Assembly: GCA_036499425.1 (NCBI GenBank)
Contig: DASYDT010000135.1
Span: forward strand, 12,757-76,756
Reading direction: 5' to 3'
Source of the DNA: Candidatus Udaeobacter sp.
GTDB taxonomy: Bacteria; Verrucomicrobiota; Verrucomicrobiia; Chthoniobacterales; UBA10450
DNA: 64,000 nucleotides
The notes beneath the pieces are model-generated. The model saw only the letters and a program-made list of their open reading frames with translations. It was not told the DNA's origin and did no database searches. The position numbers were made by a program, and so were the translations under genes. Below, piece after piece: positions 38,043 through 48,058 of this stretch; position 1 is the stretch's first letter, and each line of letters opens with the position of its first letter.

Positions 38043-38705
38043 TCAGCCACCTGCGTATCCGTGGCTCTGCTCGTAGGCCCGAATTGCTCGACGCGTCTGC
38101 GGTCCCAGGACGCCGTCAACGGACCCATGGTAATAACCGGCACGAGCGAGCCTCCGCTGTAGCTCGGCCACTCTGGAGTGGCTGGTATCGCCGTACCCCT
38201 GACGATAACCGGAGTTGCCGTATCCATTACCGTAGCCGGAGTCGCCGTATCCGTTGCCGCCGTAACCATAACCATACCCGTAGCCGTAGGGAGCACCGTA
38301 ACCGTAGCCATACGGATAGCCATAACCATATCCGTAGCCGTACGGATAGCCCCAGCCCCATGAATCCCAGCCCCAGCCCCACCACAACGGAAAGCCGAAG
38401 GAACCTATGAAGATAACGTTGTTGCCGTTATGATGATTGTGCCAATTGCCACCGTGCCAATTGCCGCCACCATGCCAGTTGCCGCCACCATGCCAGTTGC
38501 CACCACCATGCCAGTTGCCACCACCCCAGCGCTGGCCGCCCATACCGGGGCGCCCACCCATCGAAGAGAAATGATGGCCGCCGCCGCCACCGCCGCCGCC
38601 GCGCGGTGCGGCTGTGAGAACTGGAGAAGTCAGCAGCAGTGCAACAACGCAACCAAAGAAAAATAGAAGTTTAGAATTATTCATAATCAGTCGGGTTTTT
38701 GTCAT
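38043..38705 (-). CDS. Secreted Gly/Tyr/Trp/His-rich repeat protein with a C-terminal peptidoglycan-binding (PG_binding_1-like) domain
   Basis: Signal peptide, a G8 run, (GGNWH)x5, WWGWGWDSWGWG and a (GYGY/PYGY) array. The C-terminus is AELQRRLARAGYYHGSVDGVLGPQTRRAIRAYEQSHG. Confidence 0.65.
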   Translation of the reverse strand: MTKTRLIMNNSKLLFFFGCVVALLLTSPVLTAAPRGGGGGGGGHHFSSMGGRPGMGGQRWGGGNWHGGGNWHGGGNWHGGGNWHGGNWHNHHNGNNVIFIGSFGFPLWWGWGWDSWGWGYPYGYGYGYGYPYGYGYGAPYGYGYGYGYGGNGYGDSGYGNGYGNSGYRQGYGDTSHSRVAELQRRLARAGYYHGSVDGVLGPQTRRAIRAYEQSHGYAGG

Positions 38706-39065
38706 CTACATCATTAGACACCGCACGCGATTCAAAGTCTCGTTTTATTTTTACGGTGGCAGAGAATTAAATAAGACCGGCGGCTCGCTCCCCTTTTTCC
38801 CTGCGACGCCGCCGATCAAAACCAACCGAACTCAGCGCTCAATCAGATTACGCTAAGCCCAATCTCCAGAAGCGGTCGGTTGATCGTGTCGTCCACGACC
38901 AAGCCATGTTTGTTTTCATAAGCCGCGATCGCAGTCCGGGTTCGCGGCCGCACCTCCCTGTGAGATTGCTCTATCTAATTAAAAACCGCCAACCGGCCGG
39001 AGTTTCGCATTGATTCTTGCTGGTCAGCGCGCAGCTATCTCGATTATCATTGCGCCTTAATCACC

Positions 39066-40343
39066 ATGGCGCGTACCGCGATCTTCATATCCATCGTGTT
39101 CGCAGCACACGTGCTTCACGCCGCGACACTGGAACGCAGTGTGAGCCAGTCGCGCCAATTCGTCATCTTCGGAGCTGATGCGCAATTACGCGGCGCCGTT
39201 TCTGACTTGGCAGAGCGAACGAAGGTCGATTTTCTGGCGCTGTTGCGGCAACGCGACAACTGGATCGTCCCTGTGGTGGTGAATCTACATCCGCATCAGG
39301 CGAATCTCCCCGAAATTCCGCCGGCCGACCTCCGATTTAGCCAGACTGGTTTTGGCCTCAAGCTGCAGGTTGACCTGACAATCTCGAAGAACCTCGACGC
39401 TTCCTTGATAGAGCGCGAACTGCTGCGCGCGATTTTATTGGAGATGATTTATCGAAAAGAATCGCACATTGCAGCCGGTAGCGTATTCGTCGAGCCGCCG
39501 GATTGGCTGATTGACGGCGTGCTTGCGCTTGCGCCTGGGACCGATCGCGGACAGTTGATCGAAGCTCTCACTACCGCGGACAAGACAGAGTCGCTGGAGA
39601 CGTTTCTCCGTCAACGCCCAAAACTCCTCGATTCCGCGGGCCGGACGCTTTATCGCGCATACTCTTTTGCGCTCGTGCAAATGCTAATCGATGGAAGAAA
39701 CGGCCCTGCGCGGCTGGCGCAATACATTGGCCATCTATCCAACGCCTCAAACGAGCCGCTTGCGGATTTGAAGACTCAGTTTCCGTTCCTGGGCAGCGAT
39801 GCGGAGCGAACCTGGCAGTTGACCTTGAGTCAGTTGAGGAATTTGCAAACGTACCAGTTTCTCACCTTCGCCGAAAGCAAGCGACACCTTGATGAATTGT
39901 TGCGCGTGAAAATCTCGGAAGCGAACAAGCCAACCAGGCTGGCGGGTCTTGACGAACTCGCGCGACACAAAATATCTGCGAGCGAGAAAATGGCGCTGAG
40001 CGAATTGAACCGTGAATTGCTCGTATTTGTTGCGCAAGCCAATCCAGTCTTGCGCCCGATTGGGCGTGAATACCAGGAAATCGTCGCGCTGCTTGCCCGT
40101 GGGAAGAGGAAACGAATCGCGAAGCGTTTGTCGCGTTTGGAGGTAACTCGCAAAGAACTCGCCGCTCGAATGAGCGATATTGACGACTACATGAACTGGT
40201 TTGAAGCCACTCAAATGAAAAGCCGCAGCGGGAATTTCACTGGCTATCTCAAAGCCGCGAACCACTCGCAGCTCTCGGCACCAAAGCGACACGATCCGCT
40301 TTCAGTTTACGTAGATGCGCTGGAGGACCAGTTCGAAAATTGA
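39066..40343 (+). CDS. Secreted conserved hypothetical protein
   Basis: 425 aa with a signal peptide (IFISIVFAAHVLHA). Non-repetitive, helix-rich composition. I recognised no motif. Confidence 0.6.
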   Translation: MARTAIFISIVFAAHVLHAATLERSVSQSRQFVIFGADAQLRGAVSDLAERTKVDFLALLRQRDNWIVPVVVNLHPHQANLPEIPPADLRFSQTGFGLKLQVDLTISKNLDASLIERELLRAILLEMIYRKESHIAAGSVFVEPPDWLIDGVLALAPGTDRGQLIEALTTADKTESLETFLRQRPKLLDSAGRTLYRAYSFALVQMLIDGRNGPARLAQYIGHLSNASNEPLADLKTQFPFLGSDAERTWQLTLSQLRNLQTYQFLTFAESKRHLDELLRVKISEANKPTRLAGLDELARHKISASEKMALSELNRELLVFVAQANPVLRPIGREYQEIVALLARGKRKRIAKRLSRLEVTRKELAARMSDIDDYMNWFEATQMKSRSGNFTGYLKAANHSQLSAPKRHDPLSVYVDALEDQFEN

Positions 40344-40431
40344 GCAAATTTGGACAAACCCTTGCCCCTTTCGGCTTTGACGTTTATCTTGAGCGGCGCG
40401 TTTGTACGCGCATTACGCGCATTTTCTGTTG

Positions 40432-40878
40432 ATGCAAAAGATTGGTTTCGCCGAAGCTCTCGACTCAATTGTTGCCAACGATCCACGTTACCAGCGGGAC
40501 GCCTATGCCTTTCTGCGCGACGCGCTCGATTTCAGCACCAAGCAACAGAAGAAAATCAAAGGCGTCAGCGTTCGTCACGTGACTGGGCCGGAATTGCTCG
40601 ATGGAGTGCGGCGGTATGCTCTCAAGGAATTCGGACCCCTGGTGATGACAGTTTTCGACAACTGGGGCATCCATTCCTGTGAGGACATCGGGAACATGGT
40701 TTTTAACCTGATCGGCGCCGGGATATTTGGAAAGACCGAGGAGGATTCGATCGAGGACTTCAAGAATGTTTACGACTTTAGAGAAGCTTTTGTGAAACCG
40801 TTCGCGCCAGCGAAATCAGCGAGGGCGAAACCGTCGGCGCAATTGCCAGCGCCGAAGCCTGCTGCATCGAAAAGCTGA
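40432..40878 (+). CDS. Small conserved protein resembling the Planctomycetes/Verrucomicrobia-restricted 'Minf_1886' family
   Basis: DPRYQRDAYAFLRDALDF...RHVTGPELLDGVRRYALKEFGP...WGIHSCEDIGNMVFNLIGAGIFGKTEEDSIEDF matches my memory of that family. Needs an HMM check. Confidence 0.55.
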   Translation: MQKIGFAEALDSIVANDPRYQRDAYAFLRDALDFSTKQQKKIKGVSVRHVTGPELLDGVRRYALKEFGPLVMTVFDNWGIHSCEDIGNMVFNLIGAGIFGKTEEDSIEDFKNVYDFREAFVKPFAPAKSARAKPSAQLPAPKPAASKS

Positions 40879-40966
40879 TCAGCTAGAACTGGTCACTGGG
40901 ATTGACGCTCGCTGCCAAACGAAGAACTGTCGGCATACCATTTTCCTTCATTCGATAAATTGCGTT

Positions 40967-41082
40967 GTCATGTTGACCCCTTCGATTTCACTCAGGACAG
41001 GGCTTCGCGAAACATCTCAATTTATTCCCGTGAGCGACCCGTCCAGAAATGATCAGAGATTCTTCGCTTCGGTCAGAATGAC
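40967..41082. repeat. REP-A inverted-repeat element
   Basis: GTCATGTTGACCCCTTCGA...CTTCGCGAAACATCTC ... AGAGATTCTTCGCTTCGGTCAGAATGAC, upstream of the M16 peptidase gene. Confidence 0.7.
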
Positions 41083-43717
41083 ATTTTTGAGATCGCTTAT
41101 AGCGAATTTTCTCTCAGCGGCTGTATTGTTTGGCATGGTCAATCTGAAAGCTGCGCCGCCCCCCGGCGGCTCATCCACGATTAGCTTTCCGCCAAGCACG
41201 GCGCAGAAATGGATTTTGCCGAACGGACTGACGATCATCGTGCAGGAAGATCATAGCGCACCGGTAGCCAGTGTGCAGGCGTGGTGCGCCACGGGAAGCA
41301 TCTACGAAGATCAGCATATGGGCGCGGGATTGTCTCATATTCTCGAGCACATGCTTTTCAAGGGCACCAAAACGCGATCGAGCAATGAAATCGCGCAAAA
41401 AATCCAGGACGTCGGCGGATATATCAACGCCTACACTTCGTTCGATCGCACGGTTTTTTGGATCGACGTGCCGAAAGATGGCGTCGCCACCGCTTTGGAT
41501 GTTTTGGCTGATGCAATGATGAACTCGACGTTGCCGCCGGAAGAATATCAGAAAGAGCAGGAAGTCATTCGGCGCGAGTTTGCCATGGGTATGGATGATC
41601 CCGATCGCATGGCGGGGTTGCTCCTTTTTGCGACGGCTTACGAGCGGCACCCCTATCGATTCCCGGTCATCGGCGAGCTCGAGATTTATAACCAGCTCAC
41701 CCAGGAGCAAGTGATGCAGTATTACAAGACGCGCTACGTTCCGAACGATCTCACATTCGTCGTCGTGGGAGATGTGGATGCAGAAAAAGTGCGGCAACAG
41801 CTCGCAGACCTGTTCAAACCGTATCCGGAGAAATCGCTGAAGCCTCTGTTTATTCCCGCGGAACCTCCGCAACTTGGCCGGCGCGAAGTGAATCAGGAAT
41901 TTGCGACTGAACTGACGCATCTGTCGCTCGCGTGGCACATCCCGGAGCTTACAAATCCAGACGTGCCCGCGCTCGATCTGCTCTCAACCATTCTCGGCGA
42001 CGGGCGCAGCTCGCGTTTGTATCAGCGCGTGCGTGAAGAGGCCGGTCTGGCGTTTGGGATATCGGCATTCTCTTATACGCCGGGCGATCCAGGTTTGTTT
42101 GGCATCGATGCCACTGTCGATCCAAAGAAACGCGAAGCCGCCGAGGAACTGGCGTTGCGCATTGTAGACGAGGTGAAGCAGGTTGGCGTCACGGCAGAAG
42201 AATTAGCAAAGGCAAAAAAAATCACGCTCAGCCATCATCTCGGCTCGCTGACCACTATGCGCGGCCAGGCATCGGACATTGGCTCGAACTGGTTGCTCAC
42301 GCGCAATCTGAATTTTAGTCGCGATTATTTGGACGCAGTTCAGAAAGTGACGCTCGAGGACATCAAACGTGTCGCCGCTACTTATTTGACAGAAAACAAT
42401 CTGACGGTCGTCTCATTGAATCCAAAGGGCACGCTCGCCGGAAAAGCGGAAGGCGCGAAAGCGGTTGCCGCGGGTGAGATCCAAAAATTTGAGCTGTCAA
42501 ACGGACTGCGACTTCTGGTGCGCGAAGATCCTCGCTTGCCAATCGTGGCGATGGGCGCGGCTTTTCGCGGCGGCCTTCTCGCAGAGACGCCGCAGGACAA
42601 CGGCATCACGCGGTTGATGGCCAAGGTGCTGTTGAAAGGAACCAAGACGCGCGCCGCCGAGCAAATCGCAAACCAGATCGAAGCGGTGGGCGGTTCCATT
42701 TCGAGTGACGCCGGCAACAACAGCTTCACCGTGTCGGTCGATGTCACCAAGCCCGATGTGAAATTGGGCTTGGACTTGCTCTCTGACGTGTTGCTCAACG
42801 CTACGCTGCCGGAGAAAGCGATCGCGCGTGAAAAGGAAATCCAGATCGCCGCCATCCAGCAGGAAGAAGAGCAGTTGACCTCGGTCGCGCGCAATATCAT
42901 GCGGCAGGCGCTGTTTCCGCAGCATCCTTACGCGCTGCGCTCAAATGGCTCGGCCGAGTCCGTCAAAGGATTGACACGAAAAGAGTTGCTCGAATTTCGC
43001 GATCGCTATGTCGTCGCGAAAAACGGCGTCGTTTTTGTCTTCGGCGATGTGAAGGCGTCCGAGGTGAAGCAACTGCTCGAACAAACGCTTGGCAAGATGA
43101 AGCCGGGCGCGCTTGCGTTGACCGACGCCAAAGCTTCCGCGCCGCTGGCTAAACCGGAAACCGTTGAAAGCCACAAAGAGAAAGCGCAGGGCGTGCTCAT
43201 GGTCGGGTTCCGCGGCGCGAGCTTGTCAAGTCCGGATCGGTACGCGCTGGACTTAATCGACGAAGCGAGCAGCGATCTCGGCTCGCGCTTCTTTATTCGG
43301 ATTCGCGAGCAAATGGGGCTGGCCTATTACGTAGGCGCCGGCCAGATGCAAGGCCTGGTGCCTGGACTGTTTTCATTCTACCTCGGCACCGATCCGCAAA
43401 AGATTGAGCCCGTAAAAACGGCGTTGCTCGATGAGATCCACAAGCTGGCCAACGATGGCCTTACTCCGGAAGAATTGACGCGCGCGAAAAAGAAATTGAT
43501 TGGGCAACAGGAGATCGCGAATCAAAGCAACGACGCTTTTGGTTATCATTGCGCGCTCGACGAGCTCTACGGCCTAGGCTTCGATCATTACAAGCAACTC
43601 GAACGCGACGTGAACGCAGTGACGCTCGATGACACTAAGAAAGTGGCTGCGAAATATTTTCGCGATCAACCGTATGTTTTGGCCACGGTGCGACCACAGA
43701 CAAAAAGTGACAAGTGA
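41078..43717 (+). CDS. Tandem M16-family zinc peptidase (pitrilysin-like, two M16 units)
   Basis: Signal peptide and the inverted zinc motif GLSHILEHMLFKGT (HxxEH), followed by a second, inactive M16 repeat. The ORF opens at 40970, but the first 36 codons are a translated REP-A element. Confidence 0.9.
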   Translation: MTFLRSLIANFLSAAVLFGMVNLKAAPPPGGSSTISFPPSTAQKWILPNGLTIIVQEDHSAPVASVQAWCATGSIYEDQHMGAGLSHILEHMLFKGTKTRSSNEIAQKIQDVGGYINAYTSFDRTVFWIDVPKDGVATALDVLADAMMNSTLPPEEYQKEQEVIRREFAMGMDDPDRMAGLLLFATAYERHPYRFPVIGELEIYNQLTQEQVMQYYKTRYVPNDLTFVVVGDVDAEKVRQQLADLFKPYPEKSLKPLFIPAEPPQLGRREVNQEFATELTHLSLAWHIPELTNPDVPALDLLSTILGDGRSSRLYQRVREEAGLAFGISAFSYTPGDPGLFGIDATVDPKKREAAEELALRIVDEVKQVGVTAEELAKAKKITLSHHLGSLTTMRGQASDIGSNWLLTRNLNFSRDYLDAVQKVTLEDIKRVAATYLTENNLTVVSLNPKGTLAGKAEGAKAVAAGEIQKFELSNGLRLLVREDPRLPIVAMGAAFRGGLLAETPQDNGITRLMAKVLLKGTKTRAAEQIANQIEAVGGSISSDAGNNSFTVSVDVTKPDVKLGLDLLSDVLLNATLPEKAIAREKEIQIAAIQQEEEQLTSVARNIMRQALFPQHPYALRSNGSAESVKGLTRKELLEFRDRYVVAKNGVVFVFGDVKASEVKQLLEQTLGKMKPGALALTDAKASAPLAKPETVESHKEKAQGVLMVGFRGASLSSPDRYALDLIDEASSDLGSRFFIRIREQMGLAYYVGAGQMQGLVPGLFSFYLGTDPQKIEPVKTALLDEIHKLANDGLTPEELTRAKKKLIGQQEIANQSNDAFGYHCALDELYGLGFDHYKQLERDVNAVTLDDTKKVAAKYFRDQPYVLATVRPQTKSDK

Positions 43718-43790
43718 CGAGTGATGAGTGACGAGCAAAACCGTGCTATCCTGACGAAACTCATCACTTGGCACTCATCACTCATCACTT
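43706..43790. repeat. REP-D array pair
   Basis: AGTGACAAGTGACGAGTGATGAGTGACGAG ... CTCATCACTTGGCACTCATCACTCATCACTT, spanning the M16 stop. Confidence 0.7.
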
Positions 43791-43796
43791 TGCCCT

Positions 43797-44237
43797 ATGG
43801 CTGAAGTCCAAAAAACCACACTGAGCGGCGAGCTTTCGCAGCGCTTCATTGAATTTGTCGTGATGCACGCGCAAAACGCCGCGCTGTTTCTCGGCCAAAT
43901 TCCAAATCCTAAAACCGGCGAGCCCGAAGTGAACCTCGACTTTGCAAAGATGTTCATCGATCAACTGGCCATGATTCAGGAAAAAACGCGAGGCAACCTC
44001 ACCAGCGAAGAGGCAAAAGTGTTGAGCAACGCGCTTTCCAATTTGCAAATGGCGTATGTGGAAGTCGCGCGGGAAACGCCCCAGGGCGCTGCGCAGCGGG
44101 AAGTGCCAGAAACGGGAGCGCCGCCAGAACCAGCCGAACCACCGTCGGCAGGTCAGTCAGAGCCGTCAGCGCCGACCACATCGGCCGATCCCGAGGCAGA
44201 GTCGAGAAAGAAATTCACCAAAAGCTACGGGCCATAA
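43797..44237 (+). CDS. DUF1844-domain protein
   Basis: FVVMHAQNAALFLGQIPNP.TGEPEVNLDFAKMFIDQLAMIQEKTRGNL is the DUF1844 core pattern. Acidic/Pro-rich tail. Confidence 0.7.
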   Translation: MAEVQKTTLSGELSQRFIEFVVMHAQNAALFLGQIPNPKTGEPEVNLDFAKMFIDQLAMIQEKTRGNLTSEEAKVLSNALSNLQMAYVEVARETPQGAAQREVPETGAPPEPAEPPSAGQSEPSAPTTSADPEAESRKKFTKSYGP

Positions 44238-44255
44238 ATCGCCAGCCGCTCGCGT

Positions 44256-44362
44256 GTCATCCCGAGCGCAGCGATGGATCTCCCAAATGTGGCTCGGAAC
44301 ACGCAAGCTAAACAGCGTGCTCAACTAGCTTGTATGAGATCCTTCACTCCGTTCAGAATGGC
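44256..44362. repeat. REP-A inverted-repeat element
   Basis: GTCATCCCGAGCGCAGCGATGGATCTC ... GAGATCCTTCACTCCGTTCAGAATGGC, after the DUF1844 gene. Confidence 0.7.
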
Positions 44363-44439
44363 CGCGAGTCTAAGGAGACGGTCCAGCGAACGTCGCGCCA
44401 GCGTTTCCGCTGAACTGCATGGGGGCTGAGAAATTCAGC

Positions 44440-44600
44440 GCCCGTTTGCTCAACCAAATCTCACGCCTTCCGCAATTCTTCGCTGGCAGCAGCGGTCTGT
44501 CGGTCGTGATTCCACTTCAAGATTGCGCCATTCCACTTCAAGGCTCGGGCATTAAATCTCAACATTTCACCGCGAGCGGCGGTAGCACGCCGACGACCGT
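44440..44600 (+). mobile_element. Degenerate fragment of an IS110-family transposase gene (Transposase_20 region)
   Basis: Translation ISRLPQFFAGSSGLSVVIPLQ..SGIKSQH resembles the rF.s..qla.y.GL.P....SG region. The fragment 44486-44572 is about 85% identical to 47601-47695. Confidence 0.35.
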
Positions 44601-44621
44601 GTCGAGTTCGTAGCAGTTGTG

Positions 44622-47312
44622 TTAAGGACTAAAATTACCCATTTCGGTAATGGGCCCATTCATGGTGATTGAAACCGGGTTGTTCGGGCCAGTGTAGGAA
44701 CCCGTACCACTGCCTACCCAGCCGGCAAAACTGAAGCCATGATTGACTCTTGCCTTAATGGTCACATTCGATGCGGCGTTATGCCAGCCGCTGGCCGGTG
44801 TTACTGTGCCGCCAGTTCCCGCACTCATCGTCAGGAAGTACTGCGTTTGGAATTGCGCCGTATAGCTCTTGTTGGTCGTCGGAGCCACAACATGTGAGAT
44901 CGCTCCGTTGTCACTCCACTTCTTCCAGACGTACTGCACACCGGAGCCACCGCTTTGAGGTGAACTGGTGGCAATGGTGTGACTCGAACCGGCTACCCAG
45001 CTGAACTGCTGCTGGGAGCTGTAGGTCGTGCCGTCAACCGAGAAGGTCGGGCCAGCGGGGGTTGTTCCCACTGTTACCGTGACCATTGGTGCTGTCGCCG
45101 TTGGCGTCGCTGTAGCTGTTGCTGTTGGAGTAAATGTAGCGGTAGCTGTAGGCGTAGGAGTGAAGGTCGCTGTCGCCGTGGCGGTCGGAGTAAAGGTGGC
45201 TGTCGCCGTTGCACTTGCTGTCGGTGTGAATGTGGCTGTCGCTGTAGGCGTAAAAGTCGCCGTCGCCGTGGGCGTGAACGTTGCCGTAGCCGTGGGCGTA
45301 AACGTAGCTGTCGCTGTAGGTGTAAATGTGGCGGTAGCCGTTGGCGTTGGACTCTCCTCGGGGGTTGGCGTCGGCGTAAATGTCGCCGTAGCGGTGGGAG
45401 TTGGTGTAAAGGTAGCTGTAGCCGTAGGCGTGAATGTAGCGGTAGCTGTGGGAGTCGGAGTGAAGGTCGCCGTCGGAGTAGAAGTAAACGTTGCTGTAGC
45501 CGTAGCGGTTGCTGTTGCCGTGGCTACGGCTGTGGCTGTAGGTGTGGCCGTAGGTGTCGGTGCAGCGCAGCCGGGAAACTTGAACGAGCCGATGCGGGTG
45601 CTCCAAACCGGAGGGTTAGTGCTACCATCAGCCTGGCTTGTGTAGTACTCGGTTGTGTACCAGAAGGTGCAGCCATCGCTAGGGTCAACGCTCATCGAGC
45701 TGTAATCTCCCCAGCGCGTGCACGCCGCGCCGCCGCAAGTGCCGGTTTGCGAACCAAGGCCGGCGACGAGCTGTGTTTCGGTCTGTGGTAAGCTATTGAG
45801 CGGATCGCCTGCCAGGCGTCCGGAATATGCAATGCTCGGAAAATTTGGACTGGTTGCATTCGAGGTGGAGTAGCCGAGCGCGACGTTACCTTGAATGTCC
45901 GCAGCGATGCTACCCATCCAGCGGTGGAGCGTCGTGTCGGGGGCATAAATCTGTTGCTGGACAGCTGTCGTGACAATGGTGCCACCCGTAACATTGATCT
46001 GTGCCCACTCTGGACGGTTTGTGGCACCGGAATTTTGCGAGTCGTGGACTACCCACAACGATTCGGCGTTGCTGACCTTGCGGTATTGCACTTTCTGCAT
46101 CATGCGGTCGAATAATGTGTCGAGTTTATTAGTCGTGTTCGGCTGAGGTACTTGTGTTCCGGAGCCGGTGTAACTCGTCTGGCTCACTGTCGTCGCCGCA
46201 CTGAGTGTACCGCCGCCCCCGCAGTTCGTTCCCGCTGTGAACGTGCGTACTCGATAGTTAAACGCGGTCAGCGATTCCTGAACATAGAAATTCGGTCTGC
46301 CTGCGGGAGGAGTCCCGTCATAGGTTCCTACGACCGGCGCTTCAAGATCGCTGGGCATCATTGTAAAAAAGTCACTTGTGCTCGCGGCAAACCCCAGGGC
46401 CCCGGTTAATGGCAAGCCCGCGTACATGTCATTGCGGCTAAACGAGCCGAACTCACCGCCAATGTAGCTGCCAGCAGGTTCCGCGAACCCATTAGCCGCA
46501 TAGTAGAGGCAGTCCGTCCAAATACCGAACTTCGGATAATCATTGATGGTGTTAACAGGCGGTTGGCCAGCAGCGCCTGTGTCGGTGCGAATAGCATAAA
46601 GATACCATCCGCCACTCACAGGATCACTGGTTTTCGATACTGCTACGCATTCGTAAAAGGGTCCCGTGGTCGCGCCGCTGCTATAAGCAAGGTTGGTCAG
46701 GATCCAGCGGTCTGCCAGAGAGTCGTAGATAGCAACTGGATCGCCTCCTCCATTCCCGTCACAAAAGGTTCCGCTCCCAGCCCAGAGCGCGTTCTCTGTA
46801 AACGACGCGAGGAGGGTGCCTGTTTTGTTGTAGATGCCAAACGCGGTGTTTACGGCCTGGATGTAATGAGTGGGGCCAACAGCACCGTTTGTATCGGGCG
46901 GACTGCCGCCGCCACACTGCCCACCCGTGCAGGTGTCGCTGCGTTTGATCCCAGCGAAGTTTTGAATCGGAGCAGGCATCGGCGCCAGCGGAATATTTGG
47001 TTCTGCCTTTTGTCCAGTTAGAGCTTCAGGCAACAGGTGCTTCAAACTAACTGGTTCCTCGAGCTCAGGGCGTTCGAGTTCACGCTGTGGGACCTGGGGC
47101 AGATTGCGCACATCGCCGTTGAATACGAAAGGCTTTACTTTGCCGATGGCCAGCGCCGCCGTGGGAAGGTTCGGCTGCGGTGCTACGCCCGGTGCCCCTG
47201 TCGGGGGCGTGAGGCTCGAAGCCAATAAAATCGCCGAGATAGATGTCAGAGCGAGAGCGAGAGCAATTCGAAGTGCAAATGCGCGAGCGGAATTCTTTTG
47301 TTGTTTTTTCAT
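44622..47312 (-). CDS. Large secreted protein: N-terminal propeller-like domain, (TPTATATF)n linker, C-terminal divergent InlB-B-repeat-like domains
   Basis: 896 aa with a signal peptide. The N-terminal region of about 580 aa is not assigned. A Thr/Pro/Ala/Phe repeat of about 150 aa follows. The C-terminal [18 protein letters not shown]...[12 protein letters not shown] pattern matches bacterial repeat domains. Confidence 0.8.
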   Translation of the reverse strand: MKKQQKNSARAFALRIALALALTSISAILLASSLTPPTGAPGVAPQPNLPTAALAIGKVKPFVFNGDVRNLPQVPQRELERPELEEPVSLKHLLPEALTGQKAEPNIPLAPMPAPIQNFAGIKRSDTCTGGQCGGGSPPDTNGAVGPTHYIQAVNTAFGIYNKTGTLLASFTENALWAGSGTFCDGNGGGDPVAIYDSLADRWILTNLAYSSGATTGPFYECVAVSKTSDPVSGGWYLYAIRTDTGAAGQPPVNTINDYPKFGIWTDCLYYAANGFAEPAGSYIGGEFGSFSRNDMYAGLPLTGALGFAASTSDFFTMMPSDLEAPVVGTYDGTPPAGRPNFYVQESLTAFNYRVRTFTAGTNCGGGGTLSAATTVSQTSYTGSGTQVPQPNTTNKLDTLFDRMMQKVQYRKVSNAESLWVVHDSQNSGATNRPEWAQINVTGGTIVTTAVQQQIYAPDTTLHRWMGSIAADIQGNVALGYSTSNATSPNFPSIAYSGRLAGDPLNSLPQTETQLVAGLGSQTGTCGGAACTRWGDYSSMSVDPSDGCTFWYTTEYYTSQADGSTNPPVWSTRIGSFKFPGCAAPTPTATPTATAVATATATATATATFTSTPTATFTPTPTATATFTPTATATFTPTPTATATFTPTPTPEESPTPTATATFTPTATATFTPTATATFTPTATATFTPTATATFTPTASATATATFTPTATATATFTPTPTATATFTPTATATATPTATAPMVTVTVGTTPAGPTFSVDGTTYSSQQQFSWVAGSSHTIATSSPQSGGSGVQYVWKKWSDNGAISHVVAPTTNKSYTAQFQTQYFLTMSAGTGGTVTPASGWHNAASNVTIKARVNHGFSFAGWVGSGTGSYTGPNNPVSITMNGPITEMGNFSP
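45085..45565 (-). repeat. In-frame tandem repeat of 24-nt period encoding (T-P-T-A-T-A-T-F)n
   Basis: About 20 imperfect units (ACNGCNACNTTYACNCCNAC) inside the large secreted-protein gene. Confidence 0.85.
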
Positions 47313-47600
47313 TTTTAATGCTTGGGTGGAACGTGGGGAGAAGTGTGCGGCGACCTGCGTAGGCGCGCAGCAAGCGCCTCACGATCTTTTTTGTCGCGTT
47401 TGTCTGGGTGTGGAGCGTTCAGAGAGGAGCGCCATGAAACTCAAGGGGCGACCAAGCGTCAACAAAAAAATCAAAATTCTTCAGGCAGGGGCAGACAAGA
47501 TTTTTAGAGAAAAACACCACACCGTGCTGCCTGTCATATCAGGGAAGGACGGCCCACAGGGCCGTGGCTACAGCGGCTACAGTTTTGTTTAAACCGCTTA

Positions 47601-47844
47601 GCAGCAGCCGTCTTTCGGTCGTCATTCCACTTCACGGCGGAGTCATTCCACTTCAACATTCAGGCATTAAATCTCAACATTCCGCCACTAAATCTCATGT
47701 TTCCGGCGCTCAATGTGACGGTGCAATGACTAAACTTCATTGCGCGCCGCCGGCAAACCAGCCAAACTCGCCCTAACCGCCACGATGCGAAAGCTCCTAA
47801 TTGTGCTCAATAGCGCTCTTAAACCGGAGCTAAGTTATGCTTGA
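47601..47844 (+). mobile_element. Degenerate 3' fragment of an IS110-family transposase gene
   Basis: The open frame 47734-47844 reads TSLRAAGKPAKLALTATMRKLLIVLNSALKPELSYA*, a typical IS110 C-terminus. The upstream part (LSVVIPLQHSGIKSQH) is frameshifted, and no intact N-terminal DEDD domain is present. Confidence 0.5.
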
Positions 47845-48058
47845 AACCAAGACAGTTACTAACCGCTGACCGTTGCGATGACTAGCTTTCATATGACTTC
47901 AACATTAAACTTCGCAGCAAAGCTCGCTTCCGCCAGGGGTGGCTGAGCTCCGTCTCGGTAGGTGTTGCACACCGCTTATGCCTCTCACTAAATGTCCAGT
48001 CAGTTTCCACATCCGCTGTTAGTTGTCCGCATTGTGGCCGACCCATGGCGGCATCGCG

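Noticed and set aside
45028-45791. CRISPR-like periodicity, plus long antisense ORFs rich in V/A/G or C/R
   Set aside because: The period is 24 nt with no unique spacers. The region is in frame within a long ORF that has a signal peptide and flanking globular domains. The opposite-strand ORFs are shadows of the repeat.
47104-47592. 162-aa plus-strand ORF, and the embedded 52-codon ORF (47434-47592, MKLKGRPSVNKK...) upstream of the large secreted-protein gene
   Set aside because: The long ORF is antisense to the signal-peptide region of the secreted-protein gene. The short one has a weakly spaced GGAG and only a vague GRPS HTH-like hint. Evidence is insufficient to call either a gene.
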